This document shows positions 50,043 through 59,829 of a DNA stretch of 64,000 nt, piece after piece. The notes under the pieces were generated by a model. That model worked only from the letters and a program-made list of their open reading frames with translations, had not been told where the DNA came from and searched no databases. The translations under genes and the position numbers were made by a program. Within the stretch, counting starts at the first letter, position 1. Every line of letters starts with the position of its first letter. Source of the stretch: Candidatus Velthaea sp. (GTDB taxonomy: Bacteria; Vulcanimicrobiota; Vulcanimicrobiia; Vulcanimicrobiales; Vulcanimicrobiaceae); the NCBI GenBank assembly GCA_050012475.1, contig JBEKHC010000007.1, forward strand, positions 16,586 through 80,585, read 5' to 3'.

Positions 50043-51602
50043 GTGAGCCGCGCATACCTCGTCGGACTCGACTACGGAACGGAATCCGCGCGCGGCGTCG
50101 TGATCGACGCGCTCTCGGGCGAGCACGTCGCACGGCACACGCACGTCTATCGGCACGGCGTGATGGCGCGAGCGCTGCCCGACGGCACCGCGCTGCCGCG
50201 CGGGTGGGCGCTCCAAGATGCCGGCGATTATCTCGAAGCGGCCGCCGAGATCCTGACGGCGCTGGGGCGCGGGCGCACGATCGAGGCGATCGGCATCGGC
50301 TTCACGGCGAGTTCGCCGCTGCCCGCGACGCAAGCCGGCGCCGCGCTTTCCCAGCGTTACCCCGGCGAGCCGCACGCCTACGTCAAACTCTGGAAGCACG
50401 CCGCGGCGCAGCCGTATGCCGACGCAATCAACGCCCGCGGCGGCGCGTTTCTCGCCAATTTCGGCGGCAAGCTCTCCGGCGAGTGGCTCTTGGCCAAGGC
50501 GGCCCAAATCGCCGGCGAAGCGCCTCAACTTTGGAAACAGACCGACCGCTTCATCGAGGCCGGCGACTGGCTGGTGTGGCAGCTCACCGGGTGCGAAGTG
50601 CGCAGTCTGGGATTCGCCGCGTACAAAGCGCAGTATTCCGCGGACGCCGGGTATCCGGCCGGCATCGTGCCCGATTTGGCGGCGAAGCTTTCAGCGCCAT
50701 ATCGCATCGGGTCGGCCGCCGGGACGCTGTGCGAAGCATGGCGGCAGCGCACGGGCATTGGCGGCCGCGCCGTCGTGGCGGTCGCGGTCATCGATTCGCA
50801 CGTGGTATTGCCGGCCGTCGGCGGGATCGCGAGCGGCAGTTTCGTGGCGGCGCTGGGCACGTCCGCCGTCTATCTCTATTTGGCGCACGCGTTTCGTCCG
50901 CTGCCGCCGGGCATCGAAGGTGTGGCATGGGACGGCTCGATTCGCGATACGTGGTGTTACGAAGCCGGTCAGGCCGGTTTCGGTGACACGCTGGCTTGGT
51001 TCGTGAAGACGTTTCCCCGCGCCGGCGGCACCGCCGAGAGCTTCCGCAGCTACAATGCGGCGGCGGCCGAACTCAAAGCCGGTGCCAACCATTTGTTGGC
51101 ACTTGATTGGTGGAACGGGAACCGCGTGCCGCTCGCTGATTCCGGGCTCAGCGGACTCGTGCTCGGGCTGACGGCGCAGACGACGGCCGTCGACATCTAT
51201 CGTGCGCTGCTGGAAGCTTTGAGCTTCGGTGCCCGCACGGTGCTCGATGTGTTTCTCAGCGGCGGTTTCGGCATCGAGCGGATCATCCTGACCAGCGGTT
51301 TGGCACACCACAATCCGCTGCTGGTGCAGATCATGGCGGACGTTTTCGAACGCTCCGTCGAAGTCCCGGAGATCGCCGATGCAACGGCGGTCGGCGCCGC
51401 GATCCACGGCGCCGTCGCAGCCGGGCTCGTCGCCGATTTCGCCGCGGGCGCGCAAGCCTTCGGCGCGCACGCGTTCACCGTATTCGATCCGCGGCCGCAG
51501 AACTTTTCGGCGTATCGGGCGCTCTATGCGAACTACCGCACGTTGTGCACGCAGCCGGGAGTTCAAGCCGCGATGCACGCGCTCAACGCGCAAACAACGT
51601 GA
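50043..51602 (+). CDS. FGGY carbohydrate kinase, ribulokinase-like
   Basis: GLDYGTESAR, YVKLWKHAAAQ, EAGDW, EAGQAGFGD, LDWWNGNRVP. Confidence 0.85.
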   Translation: MSRAYLVGLDYGTESARGVVIDALSGEHVARHTHVYRHGVMARALPDGTALPRGWALQDAGDYLEAAAEILTALGRGRTIEAIGIGFTASSPLPATQAGAALSQRYPGEPHAYVKLWKHAAAQPYADAINARGGAFLANFGGKLSGEWLLAKAAQIAGEAPQLWKQTDRFIEAGDWLVWQLTGCEVRSLGFAAYKAQYSADAGYPAGIVPDLAAKLSAPYRIGSAAGTLCEAWRQRTGIGGRAVVAVAVIDSHVVLPAVGGIASGSFVAALGTSAVYLYLAHAFRPLPPGIEGVAWDGSIRDTWCYEAGQAGFGDTLAWFVKTFPRAGGTAESFRSYNAAAAELKAGANHLLALDWWNGNRVPLADSGLSGLVLGLTAQTTAVDIYRALLEALSFGARTVLDVFLSGGFGIERIILTSGLAHHNPLLVQIMADVFERSVEVPEIADATAVGAAIHGAVAAGLVADFAAGAQAFGAHAFTVFDPRPQNFSAYRALYANYRTLCTQPGVQAAMHALNAQTT

Positions 51603-52491
51603 GCTCCGGCGGTGCTTGCGGTGCGATCGCTTGCGGCGGCCGCAACTCGGTCGATGCGGCGGCAGCGGCGAAGCGCGATCCGACGTCGCGCGTGTAGTCG
51701 GGCGGTGCGTATTTCAGGCGGTACATCGCGCGGTAGCGTTTGACGAGTTCGGGTTGGCGTTCGTCGAGGTACGCGAAGAACGCGTCGCGCGTCACGTCGC
51801 CCAAGTTGAGCACGCTGTGCCAGACGAAGCTCGCGCCGGCGTCGGCCGCAGCGCGCACCACGTCCGCGAGCGCGGCGCGGTCGTCGGTCAACCCCGGAAC
51901 GACCGGGGCGACGCCGACCCCGACGCGGATTCCGGCTTCGGCCAGACGCCGGACGGCCAGGAGCCGCTTCGCGGGCGGCGCGACGGTGGGTTCGAGCTCG
52001 CGCGCCAGGACTGGATCGAGCGTGGGCAGACTGAAGCAGATCGAGATCGCCGCCCGCGCCGCGAATGCGGTGAGGACGTCGATGTCGCGCACGATCAGCC
52101 CCGACCGGGTGATGAGGTGCATCGGCGTTCGCGTCCGCGCGAGCTCGCCGAGGATGCCGCGGGTGATGCGGTAACGGCCCTCGATGGCCTGATACGGATC
52201 GGTCGCCGTGCCGATCGCGACTTCGGTGACTTTCGCTCCGTAGCGCCGCAGTTCGCCGCGCAACACGGCAGCAGCGTTGACCTTGGCGAAGATTTCCGAA
52301 CCCCACGCCGTCACGCCGTCGAGTTCGCGATACGCATGGGTAGCTCGCGCATAGCAGAAAACGCATTGATGCGCGCAGCCTGCATATGGGTTGATCGACC
52401 AACCGAACGGCATTCCCCGAACGCGGTTGAGAATGCTTTTTGCCGCGATTTCCGTAACCCGGATTTCAGCGGCGCGCCGCGCGACTTTCAT
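51583..52491 (-). CDS. Radical SAM protein, SplB/Rv2578c-like (DNA-repair associated)
   Basis: SINPYAGCAHQCVFCYAR CxxxCxxC motif, GTATDPYQAIE. Confidence 0.9.
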   Translation of the reverse strand: MKVARRAAEIRVTEIAAKSILNRVRGMPFGWSINPYAGCAHQCVFCYARATHAYRELDGVTAWGSEIFAKVNAAAVLRGELRRYGAKVTEVAIGTATDPYQAIEGRYRITRGILGELARTRTPMHLITRSGLIVRDIDVLTAFAARAAISICFSLPTLDPVLARELEPTVAPPAKRLLAVRRLAEAGIRVGVGVAPVVPGLTDDRAALADVVRAAADAGASFVWHSVLNLGDVTRDAFFAYLDERQPELVKRYRAMYRLKYAPPDYTRDVGSRFAAAAASTELRPPQAIAPQAPPELTLFAR

Positions 52492-52506
52492 CGAACACGT
52501 GTTCGA
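52491..52506. promoter_or_regulatory. LexA SOS box (Gram-positive/actinobacterial type)
   Basis: Perfect palindrome TCGAACACGTGTTCGA (GAAC-N4-GTTC) abutting the radical SAM start codon. Confidence 0.85.
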
Positions 52507-52567
52507 TTGCAACTCGTACGGTCCCTGGGTGCAACCTGGCGCCGACGACACGGTACATAGGAGCGAG

Positions 52568-53224
52568 ATGTATCAACAGCGTCCACGCTACCCGCAGACG
52601 AGCGCCGCCAACGCGCCCTCGCTGCTGGGTCAAGTCCTCGGCATTACCGCCGTCGGTTTTCTCATCACGGCCGTCGCCGCGTATTTCTTCCAAGGCGTGC
52701 CGTACGGCGTCGGTCTGGGCGCCTCGCTCGGTGGATTGCTCGTGCTGTTCGCCATTAACGGCGCGCGCGCCAATCCGGCGGTCGGGCTGCTGCTGTTCTA
52801 CGCCTTCACCTTTCTGGAGGGAATCGGCATCGCCCCGGTCATCGCGCGCTACGTCGCGCTCGACGGCAACGGCGTCGTCGTCGACGCCGCGACGACGACG
52901 GGCCTGGGCATGCTGATCCTCGCGGCGATCTCATTCACGTTCAGCATCGACTGGCGGCGCTTCAGCGGGATCGCGTTCGGCGCGCTGCTGATTTTGGTCA
53001 TCGCCGGTCTGATCAGCGCCTTCACCCACTTTCTCCAGCCCGGCGTCTACGCGTGGCTGACGCTGGCCGTCTTCACGCTGCTCACGCTCATCGATTTCAG
53101 CCGGATCCGCGCCGCCCAGCCCTGGGAATCGCCCATCCAGTTGGCCGTCGCGATCTACCTCGACGCAATCAACATCTTCCTTGCGTTTCTGCAGATCTTC
53201 GGCAACCGCAATAGCCGCGATTAA
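52568..53224 (+). CDS. Bax inhibitor-1/YccA family membrane protein
   Basis: About 7 hydrophobic segments, FTFLEG, DFSRI, AIYLDAINIFL. Confidence 0.9.
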   Translation: MYQQRPRYPQTSAANAPSLLGQVLGITAVGFLITAVAAYFFQGVPYGVGLGASLGGLLVLFAINGARANPAVGLLLFYAFTFLEGIGIAPVIARYVALDGNGVVVDAATTTGLGMLILAAISFTFSIDWRRFSGIAFGALLILVIAGLISAFTHFLQPGVYAWLTLAVFTLLTLIDFSRIRAAQPWESPIQLAVAIYLDAINIFLAFLQIFGNRNSRD

Positions 53225-53342
53225 CCGCTCCGCGCATCGCGCGACACGCTCGCTCGGCGGGGCCGAGACACCAGGCTCCAAAGATTGCGGCAAAGCCGCA
53301 ATTCTGCCGGGACGCGCTGCGCGCGTTGTTTAACTAGCTGCA

Positions 53343-54779
53343 ATGGCGCGAGCCTACGACGAAGAAGCCGGTCAACCGGCAGGCGACGTCCTTCACGAAG
53401 CCTGCGGCGTAACGGGCATCTATGCGCGCAACGCCGACGTCGCCCGCTTGGCCTACTTCGGACTGTATGCGCTGCAGCACCGCGGTCAGGAAAGCGCCGG
53501 GATCGCCGTAGGCGACGGCACGCGGCTGCAAAGTCATCGCGAGATGGGGCTCATCGGCGGCATCTTCGACGAAGATATCCTGGGCGGGATGAAGGGCCAT
53601 GTCAGCGTCGGGCACACGCGGTACTCGACCAGCGGTGCGTCGGCGGTGTGCAACGCGCAGCCGTTCATCGAAGAGTGCGACATCGGCTCGTTTGCCTTCG
53701 CGCACAATGGCAACCTCACCAACGCCGAGGAATTGCTCGCGCTCCTGCCGCCTGGAATCGAGCTGGACGCCAATTCCGATTCCGAGATCTTGGCCAAAAC
53801 GATCGCCCTCGCGCCGGGTTCGATGTTCGAGAAGATTACCGCGGCGATGCGCATCGTCGAGGGGGCGTATTCGGTCGTAGTGGCGACCGCCGACGCGATC
53901 TATGCGTTTCGCGACCCCTGGGGCGTGCGGCCGTTGTGCGTCGGGACGTACGGCGACGACGGCTACATGATCGCTTCGGAGTCGTGCGCGCTGGCGACGG
54001 TCGGTGCGCACTATCTGCGCGAACTCGACGCCGGCGAAATCATTCGCGTCGACAGCCGCGGGGTTCGCACCGAGCAAATCGACGTGGTCAAGCCCCCGGC
54101 GTTGTGCATGTTCGAGTACATCTACTTTGCGCGCCCGGATTCGGTTTTGAGCGGCCGCTCCATCTATATGGCGCGCTATCAAATGGGGCGAGCGCTGGCG
54201 CGCGAACATCCCGTCGATGCCGACGTCGTGATGGCGGTGCCGGACTCGGCGATTCCGGGCGGAATCGGTTTCGCCGCCGAGAGCGGCTTGGCATACGTCG
54301 AGGGTCTGATAAAAAACCGCTATATCGGGCGCACCTTCATCAGCCCCGACCAGAAAATGCGCAGCCAGGGCGTGCAGCTCAAGTTCAATCCCATCGTCGA
54401 GAACCTGCGCGGACAGCGGGTCGTCGTCGTCGACGACTCGATCGTGCGCGGCACGACCACCCCGCGAATCGTGAGCCTCTTGCGTGATGCCGGCGCCCGC
54501 GAGGTCCATTTGCGCATCACCTCGCCGCCGATCGTCCATCCGTGTTATCTCGGGGTCGACATGGCGACGTATGCGGAGCTGATCGCCGCGAACCTGACGA
54601 TCGACCAGATCTGCGACAAAGTCGGTGCGGACTCGCTGGGGTATCTGACCGTCGACGGTCTAGTCAACGCCACGGGTCGCGAGCGCAGCGATTTCTGCCT
54701 CGGTTGCTTGACGGGCGCGTATCCCTCGACGCCCGCGTTTTCATCGCCTGCCGGAGATCGTCAGCCAGCACTCAAGTAG
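53343..54779 (+). CDS. purF: Amidophosphoribosyltransferase
   Basis: EACG N-terminal nucleophile, LQHRGQESAG, GHTRYST, HNGNL, VDDSIVRGTT, Fe-S cysteines CLGC. Confidence 0.96.
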   Translation: MARAYDEEAGQPAGDVLHEACGVTGIYARNADVARLAYFGLYALQHRGQESAGIAVGDGTRLQSHREMGLIGGIFDEDILGGMKGHVSVGHTRYSTSGASAVCNAQPFIEECDIGSFAFAHNGNLTNAEELLALLPPGIELDANSDSEILAKTIALAPGSMFEKITAAMRIVEGAYSVVVATADAIYAFRDPWGVRPLCVGTYGDDGYMIASESCALATVGAHYLRELDAGEIIRVDSRGVRTEQIDVVKPPALCMFEYIYFARPDSVLSGRSIYMARYQMGRALAREHPVDADVVMAVPDSAIPGGIGFAAESGLAYVEGLIKNRYIGRTFISPDQKMRSQGVQLKFNPIVENLRGQRVVVVDDSIVRGTTTPRIVSLLRDAGAREVHLRITSPPIVHPCYLGVDMATYAELIAANLTIDQICDKVGADSLGYLTVDGLVNATGRERSDFCLGCLTGAYPSTPAFSSPAGDRQPALK

Positions 54780-54904
54780 GTGCGTGCGCGCACCCGGTAT
54801 CTTTCCGACTCAGCGAAGGGTGGAACGTTTTTTCGCGGAAATGGCCCCGTTCAGTGGACGGTTCTCCGTCCGCCATCTGCACTTCGTGGAGAATTCCCTC
54901 ATTT

Positions 54905-55849
54905 ATGAAACGACTCGCACTCGGTGGCCTCGCCGCCGCAGCCATCGTCGCGTTGGCGGGCTCGAATACGATGGCGGCCAAGCCGCTCAATTCGATCGGG
55001 ATCAGCGTCGGCGATCTGGCGAATCCCTTCTTCGTGGCGATCGGCCAAGGCGCATCGGACGAAGCCAAGAAGCTCGGCGGTCCGAACGTGAAGATCACCA
55101 CGGTTTCGAGCAACTACGACCTCAATACACAAGTCGGGCAGATCGAAAATTTCATCGCCAACAAAACCGATATCATTCTGGTTAATGCCGTCGATCCCAA
55201 AGCGATCGCTCCGGTCTTGAAGAAAGCGACCGACGCGGGCGTCGTCGTCGTGGCGTTCGACGTTGCTGCAGAAGGTGCCGACGCGACCGTCATGTCGGAC
55301 AACACCGCCGCCGGAACGACGTCGTGCGAATATCTCGCCAAGCACATCGGCGGCAAGGGCAACGTCGTGATCATCAACGGGCCGCCGGTTTCGTCGGTCA
55401 TCGACCGCGTCAAGGGCTGCGAGAAAGTCTTGAATGCCGACGGCATCAAGGTTCTCTCCGACAATCAAAATGCCAAAGGCAGCCGCGACGGCGGTCTGAG
55501 CGTGATGGCCGATCTGCTGACCGCGAATCCCAAAATCGACGGGATCTTCGCGATCAACGATCCGACCGCGATCGGCGCCGACCTCGCGATCAAGCAGGCC
55601 CACCGCGATGACATCAAACTGATCACGTCCGTCGACGGTTCGCCCGACGGCGAATCGGGCCTCAAGGATAAGGCCAGCTTGTTTGCCGCGACCGCCGCCC
55701 AGAATCCGTACAAGATGGCGTCGATCGCCATTGAGGAAGGCTACGGACTTCTGCAGGGCAAGAAGCCGGCGCAAAAAGTGCTCTTGTTGCCGGTTCCGCT
55801 CGTCACCAAGGACAACGTGAGCGGCTACCCCGGCTGGGTCAAAAAGTAA
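54905..55849 (+). CDS. Sugar ABC transporter substrate-binding protein (RbsB-like)
   Basis: Signal peptide, NPFFV, SDN, DRVKG, FAINDPTAIG, VDGS, AQNP. Confidence 0.92.
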   Translation: MKRLALGGLAAAAIVALAGSNTMAAKPLNSIGISVGDLANPFFVAIGQGASDEAKKLGGPNVKITTVSSNYDLNTQVGQIENFIANKTDIILVNAVDPKAIAPVLKKATDAGVVVVAFDVAAEGADATVMSDNTAAGTTSCEYLAKHIGGKGNVVIINGPPVSSVIDRVKGCEKVLNADGIKVLSDNQNAKGSRDGGLSVMADLLTANPKIDGIFAINDPTAIGADLAIKQAHRDDIKLITSVDGSPDGESGLKDKASLFAATAAQNPYKMASIAIEEGYGLLQGKKPAQKVLLLPVPLVTKDNVSGYPGWVKK

Positions 55850-55864
55850 GTTCATCACCGGCGC

Positions 55865-55897
55865 GCATGAGGTGCCCGTTTGACGGGTACCTCATGC
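55865..55897 (+). other. Intercistronic stem-loop after the binding-protein gene (probable mRNA stabiliser)
   Basis: GCATGAGGTGCCCGT-TTG-ACGGGTACCTCATGC 15-bp stem (one G-T pair), no U tract. Confidence 0.65.
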
Positions 55898-55960
55898 AGC
55901 AGCCGCTACGTTGCCGCTCGAGTACGGCGCCTGATTCGTCAAGGACAATGGTAAGCCGCT

Positions 55961-57469
55961 ATGGATGAAGGCAAACTCATCTTCGAGATGCGCGGCATCT
56001 CCAAAAGCTTCGGCGCAACCCACGCGCTGCGCGACGTCAAGCTGCCGATCTACACCCACGAAGTCCACGCGATCATGGGTGAGAACGGCGCCGGCAAGAG
56101 TACGCTCATGAAGATTTTGTCGGGCGTCTACACGCCCGATTCGGGCGAGATTCTGCTCGACGGCAAACCGGTCAAGATCGAAAATCCCGCCGCCGCCCGA
56201 GACCTCGGGATCAACCTGATCTACCAAGAGCTCAGCGTCGCGCCGCATATGACCGTGGCGCAGAACGTGTTCATGGGCAGCGAGCCGCGCGGGCGGTTCG
56301 GCATCGTCGACGAGCGGGCGATGAACCAGCAGACGGCTGACGTGCTCAAGAATCTCGGCGCGCGGTTCTCGGCGACGACGCTGGCCAAGAATCTTTCGAT
56401 CGCCGAACAGCAGCAAGTCGAGATCGGGCGCGCGCTCATTCACAAGGGCCGCATTCTCATCATGGACGAGCCGACCGCGGCGCTGTCCGATCGCGAAACC
56501 GAACAGCTTTTCCGTATCGTCGAGCAGTTGCGCGACGAAGGGATGGCGATTCTCTACATCAGCCACCGGATGGCGGAGGTCCACCGGCTGGCCACCCGGG
56601 TCACGATCCTGCGCGACGGCGGCTACGTCGGCGAACTCAGCCGCGATCAACTCGAGCCGCGGCGCGTCGTCGCGATGATGGTGGGCCGCGAGCTGGGCGA
56701 TTTTTACGCACATGCCAAACGGACCGGGCACGGACCGGAACTGCTGCGCGTCGAGAACGTCGCGGGCGGAAAAGTCAAACCGGCCAGCTTCAGCCTTTTC
56801 GCGGGCGAGGTAACCGGACTGGCCGGGCTCGTGGGAGCGGGTCGCACCGAACTGGCACGGCTCATTTTCGGCGCCGACATCAAAGAAGCCGGAAAAGTGC
56901 TGCTCGCCGGCCAGGAGGTCGACGTCACCGGCCCCGGACACGCCATCGGCCTGGGCATCGGCTACGTACCCGAAGATCGCAAAAGCCTGGGGCTGTTCTT
57001 GCAGCTCTCGGCGCTGGCCAACACGTCGATGAACGTGCTCGGCCAGCATGCGCGCGGCGGCGTGCTCAACTACGGGGAACTCTTTCGGCTCACCAAGGAG
57101 TCGATCAAAAAGCTCAGCGTGAAGATCAGCGGCCCCGACGGCATCGTCGGCGGTTTGTCCGGCGGCAACCAGCAGAAGGTGCTGCTGGCGCGCTGGCTCG
57201 AGATCGGTCCGAAAGTGCTGATCCTCGACGAGCCGACCCGCGGCGTCGACGTCGGTGCGAAGAGCGAAATCTACAAGATCATCCACCAACTGGCCGACGA
57301 CGGCGTCGCGGTGCTGGTCATCTCGAGCGAACTGCCCGAGCTCGTCGGCATTTGCGATCGTGTGATGGTGATGCGGGAAGGTGAGCTCACCGGAGAAGTC
57401 GTCGGCGACAAGATCACGCAAGAAAACATCATGGCCCTCGCAGCACAAGTCGAAGCTTCGGCAGCGTGA
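55961..57469 (+). CDS. Sugar ABC transporter ATP-binding protein (RbsA-like)
   Basis: GENGAGKST, MDEPT, LSGGNQQK, LDEPTRGVDVG. Confidence 0.95.
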   Translation: MDEGKLIFEMRGISKSFGATHALRDVKLPIYTHEVHAIMGENGAGKSTLMKILSGVYTPDSGEILLDGKPVKIENPAAARDLGINLIYQELSVAPHMTVAQNVFMGSEPRGRFGIVDERAMNQQTADVLKNLGARFSATTLAKNLSIAEQQQVEIGRALIHKGRILIMDEPTAALSDRETEQLFRIVEQLRDEGMAILYISHRMAEVHRLATRVTILRDGGYVGELSRDQLEPRRVVAMMVGRELGDFYAHAKRTGHGPELLRVENVAGGKVKPASFSLFAGEVTGLAGLVGAGRTELARLIFGADIKEAGKVLLAGQEVDVTGPGHAIGLGIGYVPEDRKSLGLFLQLSALANTSMNVLGQHARGGVLNYGELFRLTKESIKKLSVKISGPDGIVGGLSGGNQQKVLLARWLEIGPKVLILDEPTRGVDVGAKSEIYKIIHQLADDGVAVLVISSELPELVGICDRVMVMREGELTGEVVGDKITQENIMALAAQVEASAA

Positions 57470-57521
57470 GCCGCTCGCTGCGCCCAGTCTTCCACGGTCG
57501 TACCGAAGGAACGGTGATGAA

Positions 57522-58526
57522 ATGTCGACGATAACGCTCGGCCCCGCCGAACGCCCTGCGCGACCCAGCGCAGCATCCATCTTCCGTCAAGTCGGGATGC
57601 TGCCCGTACTCATTGTGCTCTATTTGGGAATGTACGCGCTCACCGTGTACGTGGCGGGTTCGGCCGGCTCGAACTTCCTCACGACCAGCAACACGATGAA
57701 CATCTTGCGTCAGGTTTCGATCAACTTGGTGCTTGCGTCGGGAATGACGTTCGTCATCCTCACGGCCGGTATCGATCTGTCGGTCGGCTCGATTCTCGCC
57801 GTGTCGGCAGTGTTCGGCATGCTCATCTCGCTGACGCCGTTAGCGGGTTTGTCCATCCCGGTTTTTCTGCTCGCCGGACTGGCTTGCGGTTTGATCAACG
57901 GCGCACTCGTCGCGTTCGTGGGGCTCAACCCGTTCGTCGTCACGCTGGGCACGATGACCGCCCTGCGCGGCGCTGCCTACTTGTTTGCCGGCGGAACGAC
58001 GGTCCTCAACCAGCAAATCCCGAGTTTCGAGTGGATGGGCAACGGCAGTTTCCTGGCGGTTCCGTGGCTGATTTGGCTCGCCGCAGCCGTAGTCCTCATC
58101 AGCTGGTTCATCCTGCGCAAGACCGTGCTGGGCTTGCAGATCTACGCGGTCGGCGGCAATCCGCAGGCCGCCCGGCTGACCGGCATCAAAGTCGGCGTCG
58201 TTCTGATGTTCGTGTACGCGATCAGCGGACTCTTTGCCGGGTTGGGCGGCGCGATGTCGGCTAGCCGGCTCTACGGCGCGAACGGCAACTGGGGAACCGG
58301 CTACGAACTCGACGCGATCGCCGCGGTCGTCCTCGGCGGCACGAGTCTGAGCGGCGGCGTCGGTGCAATCGGCGGAACGGTCATCGGCGCGCTCATCATC
58401 GGTGTCATGAACAACGGTCTCACGATTCTGGGGCTGTCGTCGTTCTGGCAATATGTCGCCAAGGGCGTCGTAATCGTCCTTGCCGTCATGCTCGACAAGT
58501 GGCGCCAGAAGCACCAAGCCAACTAG
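57522..58526 (+). CDS. Sugar ABC transporter permease (RbsC-like)
   Basis: GIDLSVGS, PFVVTLG, YAVGGN..AARLTG, YELDAIAAVVLGGTSL. Confidence 0.95.
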   Translation: MSTITLGPAERPARPSAASIFRQVGMLPVLIVLYLGMYALTVYVAGSAGSNFLTTSNTMNILRQVSINLVLASGMTFVILTAGIDLSVGSILAVSAVFGMLISLTPLAGLSIPVFLLAGLACGLINGALVAFVGLNPFVVTLGTMTALRGAAYLFAGGTTVLNQQIPSFEWMGNGSFLAVPWLIWLAAAVVLISWFILRKTVLGLQIYAVGGNPQAARLTGIKVGVVLMFVYAISGLFAGLGGAMSASRLYGANGNWGTGYELDAIAAVVLGGTSLSGGVGAIGGTVIGALIIGVMNNGLTILGLSSFWQYVAKGVVIVLAVMLDKWRQKHQAN

Positions 58527-58547
58527 ATTTCCGTGTCGTCCCTCAAC

Positions 58548-58588
58548 CGGTGGAAGGTATGAATCGTCCTGATTCACCCTTTCCACCG
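58548..58588. terminator. Hairpin after the permease gene (possible terminator)
   Basis: CGGTGGAAGG-TA-TGAATC-GTCCT-GATTCA-CCCTTTCCACCG imperfect long stem. Confidence 0.5.
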
Positions 58589-58900
58589 TGCTGCTTGCGG
58601 CTGAAAAGAAACGCTTCACGAGGTGAAGGTCGGGTCGAACGCTTTCGGCGATTGAGCACCCGTTAGCGAGAACGAGTAAGCGGCGCATCACGGCCGCGAT
58701 GACCTGTTTAGCTGCGGCAGACGGGCGACGGCCGTACTGACGATTGCCTCAGTGCTCGACGCGACGACGACATCCGCGCCGGCTGCGGGCGCGAGCTCCG
58801 CGATCGCAACCCCGATCCCTCTGCGCCGCCGAGGATAACGACGCGCTGAAGCGCTGCTCCCGGAGGTCGAGCGTTAGCCCAGCGCGGCCCAGCCGTTCTT

Positions 58901-58999
58901 CTACTCGATGTCGTCGACCGACGGGGGTTCCTCGACAGGGTTCGAGGGGCTCTCCACCGGCGCGTCGGGTTCGGGGAGGACGGGTTCTTGAGGGTTCAT
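58901..58999 (-). CDS. Putative 32-aa acidic Pro-rich microprotein
   Basis: MNPQEPVLPEPDAPVESPSNPVEEPPSVDDIE*, preceded by GAAAGGG, 7 nt after the upstream stop; absent from the ORF track. Confidence 0.5.
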   Translation of the reverse strand: MNPQEPVLPEPDAPVESPSNPVEEPPSVDDIE

Positions 59000-59006
59000 A
59001 GCCCTT

Positions 59007-59252
59007 TCATTCCCAGATCGATTCCCCGCCGTCTGCGGCCGCTGCTCGTGCGCTCAGCGGGCCGCCGTGGATCCCGCACGACAGCCAGTCGACGGGCGCC
59101 TTAAACGTCGTTGGTGACGGCTCCAAGCAGTCGACGACGCAACCGCATTTCCACATCGAGCGATAGACGTTCGGCTTCCCGCTCGACTGCATCATCGCGC
59201 GAGAGTGCGGCGGTCCGATCGCATCGACGATTTCGTTGAAGCGCTTCAGCAA
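59007..59252 (-). CDS. Small hypothetical Cys/His-rich protein
   Basis: WKCGC..C..CGIH pattern; overlaps the stop of the STAS gene. Confidence 0.55.
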   Translation of the reverse strand: MLKRFNEIVDAIGPPHSRAMMQSSGKPNVYRSMWKCGCVVDCLEPSPTTFKAPVDWLSCGIHGGPLSARAAAADGGESIWE

Positions 59253-59638
59253 CCGGCTCGCATCGACTCGACGCCGCCAGTCGCGTTTCGATGCGCGAGC
59301 CCGTCGGGTTGGAGCTGGGTGACGAGATTGAAAATCTTATCGAAGCCCACCACCCGGAGCGTCCGGTAGACACCGGTGTGCGGCCTCACGACGACCGTCA
59401 ATGCCGAGCCCAAGTGCTGGCGCGCCCGCGCCAATGTCGCTAGTCCGCTGGAATCGAAATAGCGGCATTCCGTCAGATCGATCTTCAACGTGGCGCATTC
59501 AGCCAACGCCTCATCGATCGACCGGTTCAGCTCACTTGCGGTGCTGAGGTCGACGTCGCCGAAAACGTGGAGAATGTCACCCTGAGGATCGCACTCACGG
59601 ACGGTGGCGAACTGTTCGTATTTTCCCTTGCTTGACAT
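59246..59638 (-). CDS. STAS domain protein (anti-sigma factor antagonist)
   Basis: GDVDLSTA, IDLTECRYFDSSGL (phospho-Ser motif), RTLRVVGFDKIF. Confidence 0.9.
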   Translation of the reverse strand: MSSKGKYEQFATVRECDPQGDILHVFGDVDLSTASELNRSIDEALAECATLKIDLTECRYFDSSGLATLARARQHLGSALTVVVRPHTGVYRTLRVVGFDKIFNLVTQLQPDGLAHRNATGGVESMRAGC

Positions 59639-59829
59639 CTACGCATCATGCTCGACGCGGCAGTAACATACAAGATGTGATTGCCGGCGGCGCTCGACCG
59701 TCCGCGGGCCAGCGATTCAATGCTCGAAATGGGATGTGCTCGGTCGGCCATCCGGCCGACAGTGAATCCAAACCAAGCCCGTGGGCAGCGCGCATGCCGC
59801 CTGGCTTTCAAGATGTCCAGCGATCGCTA

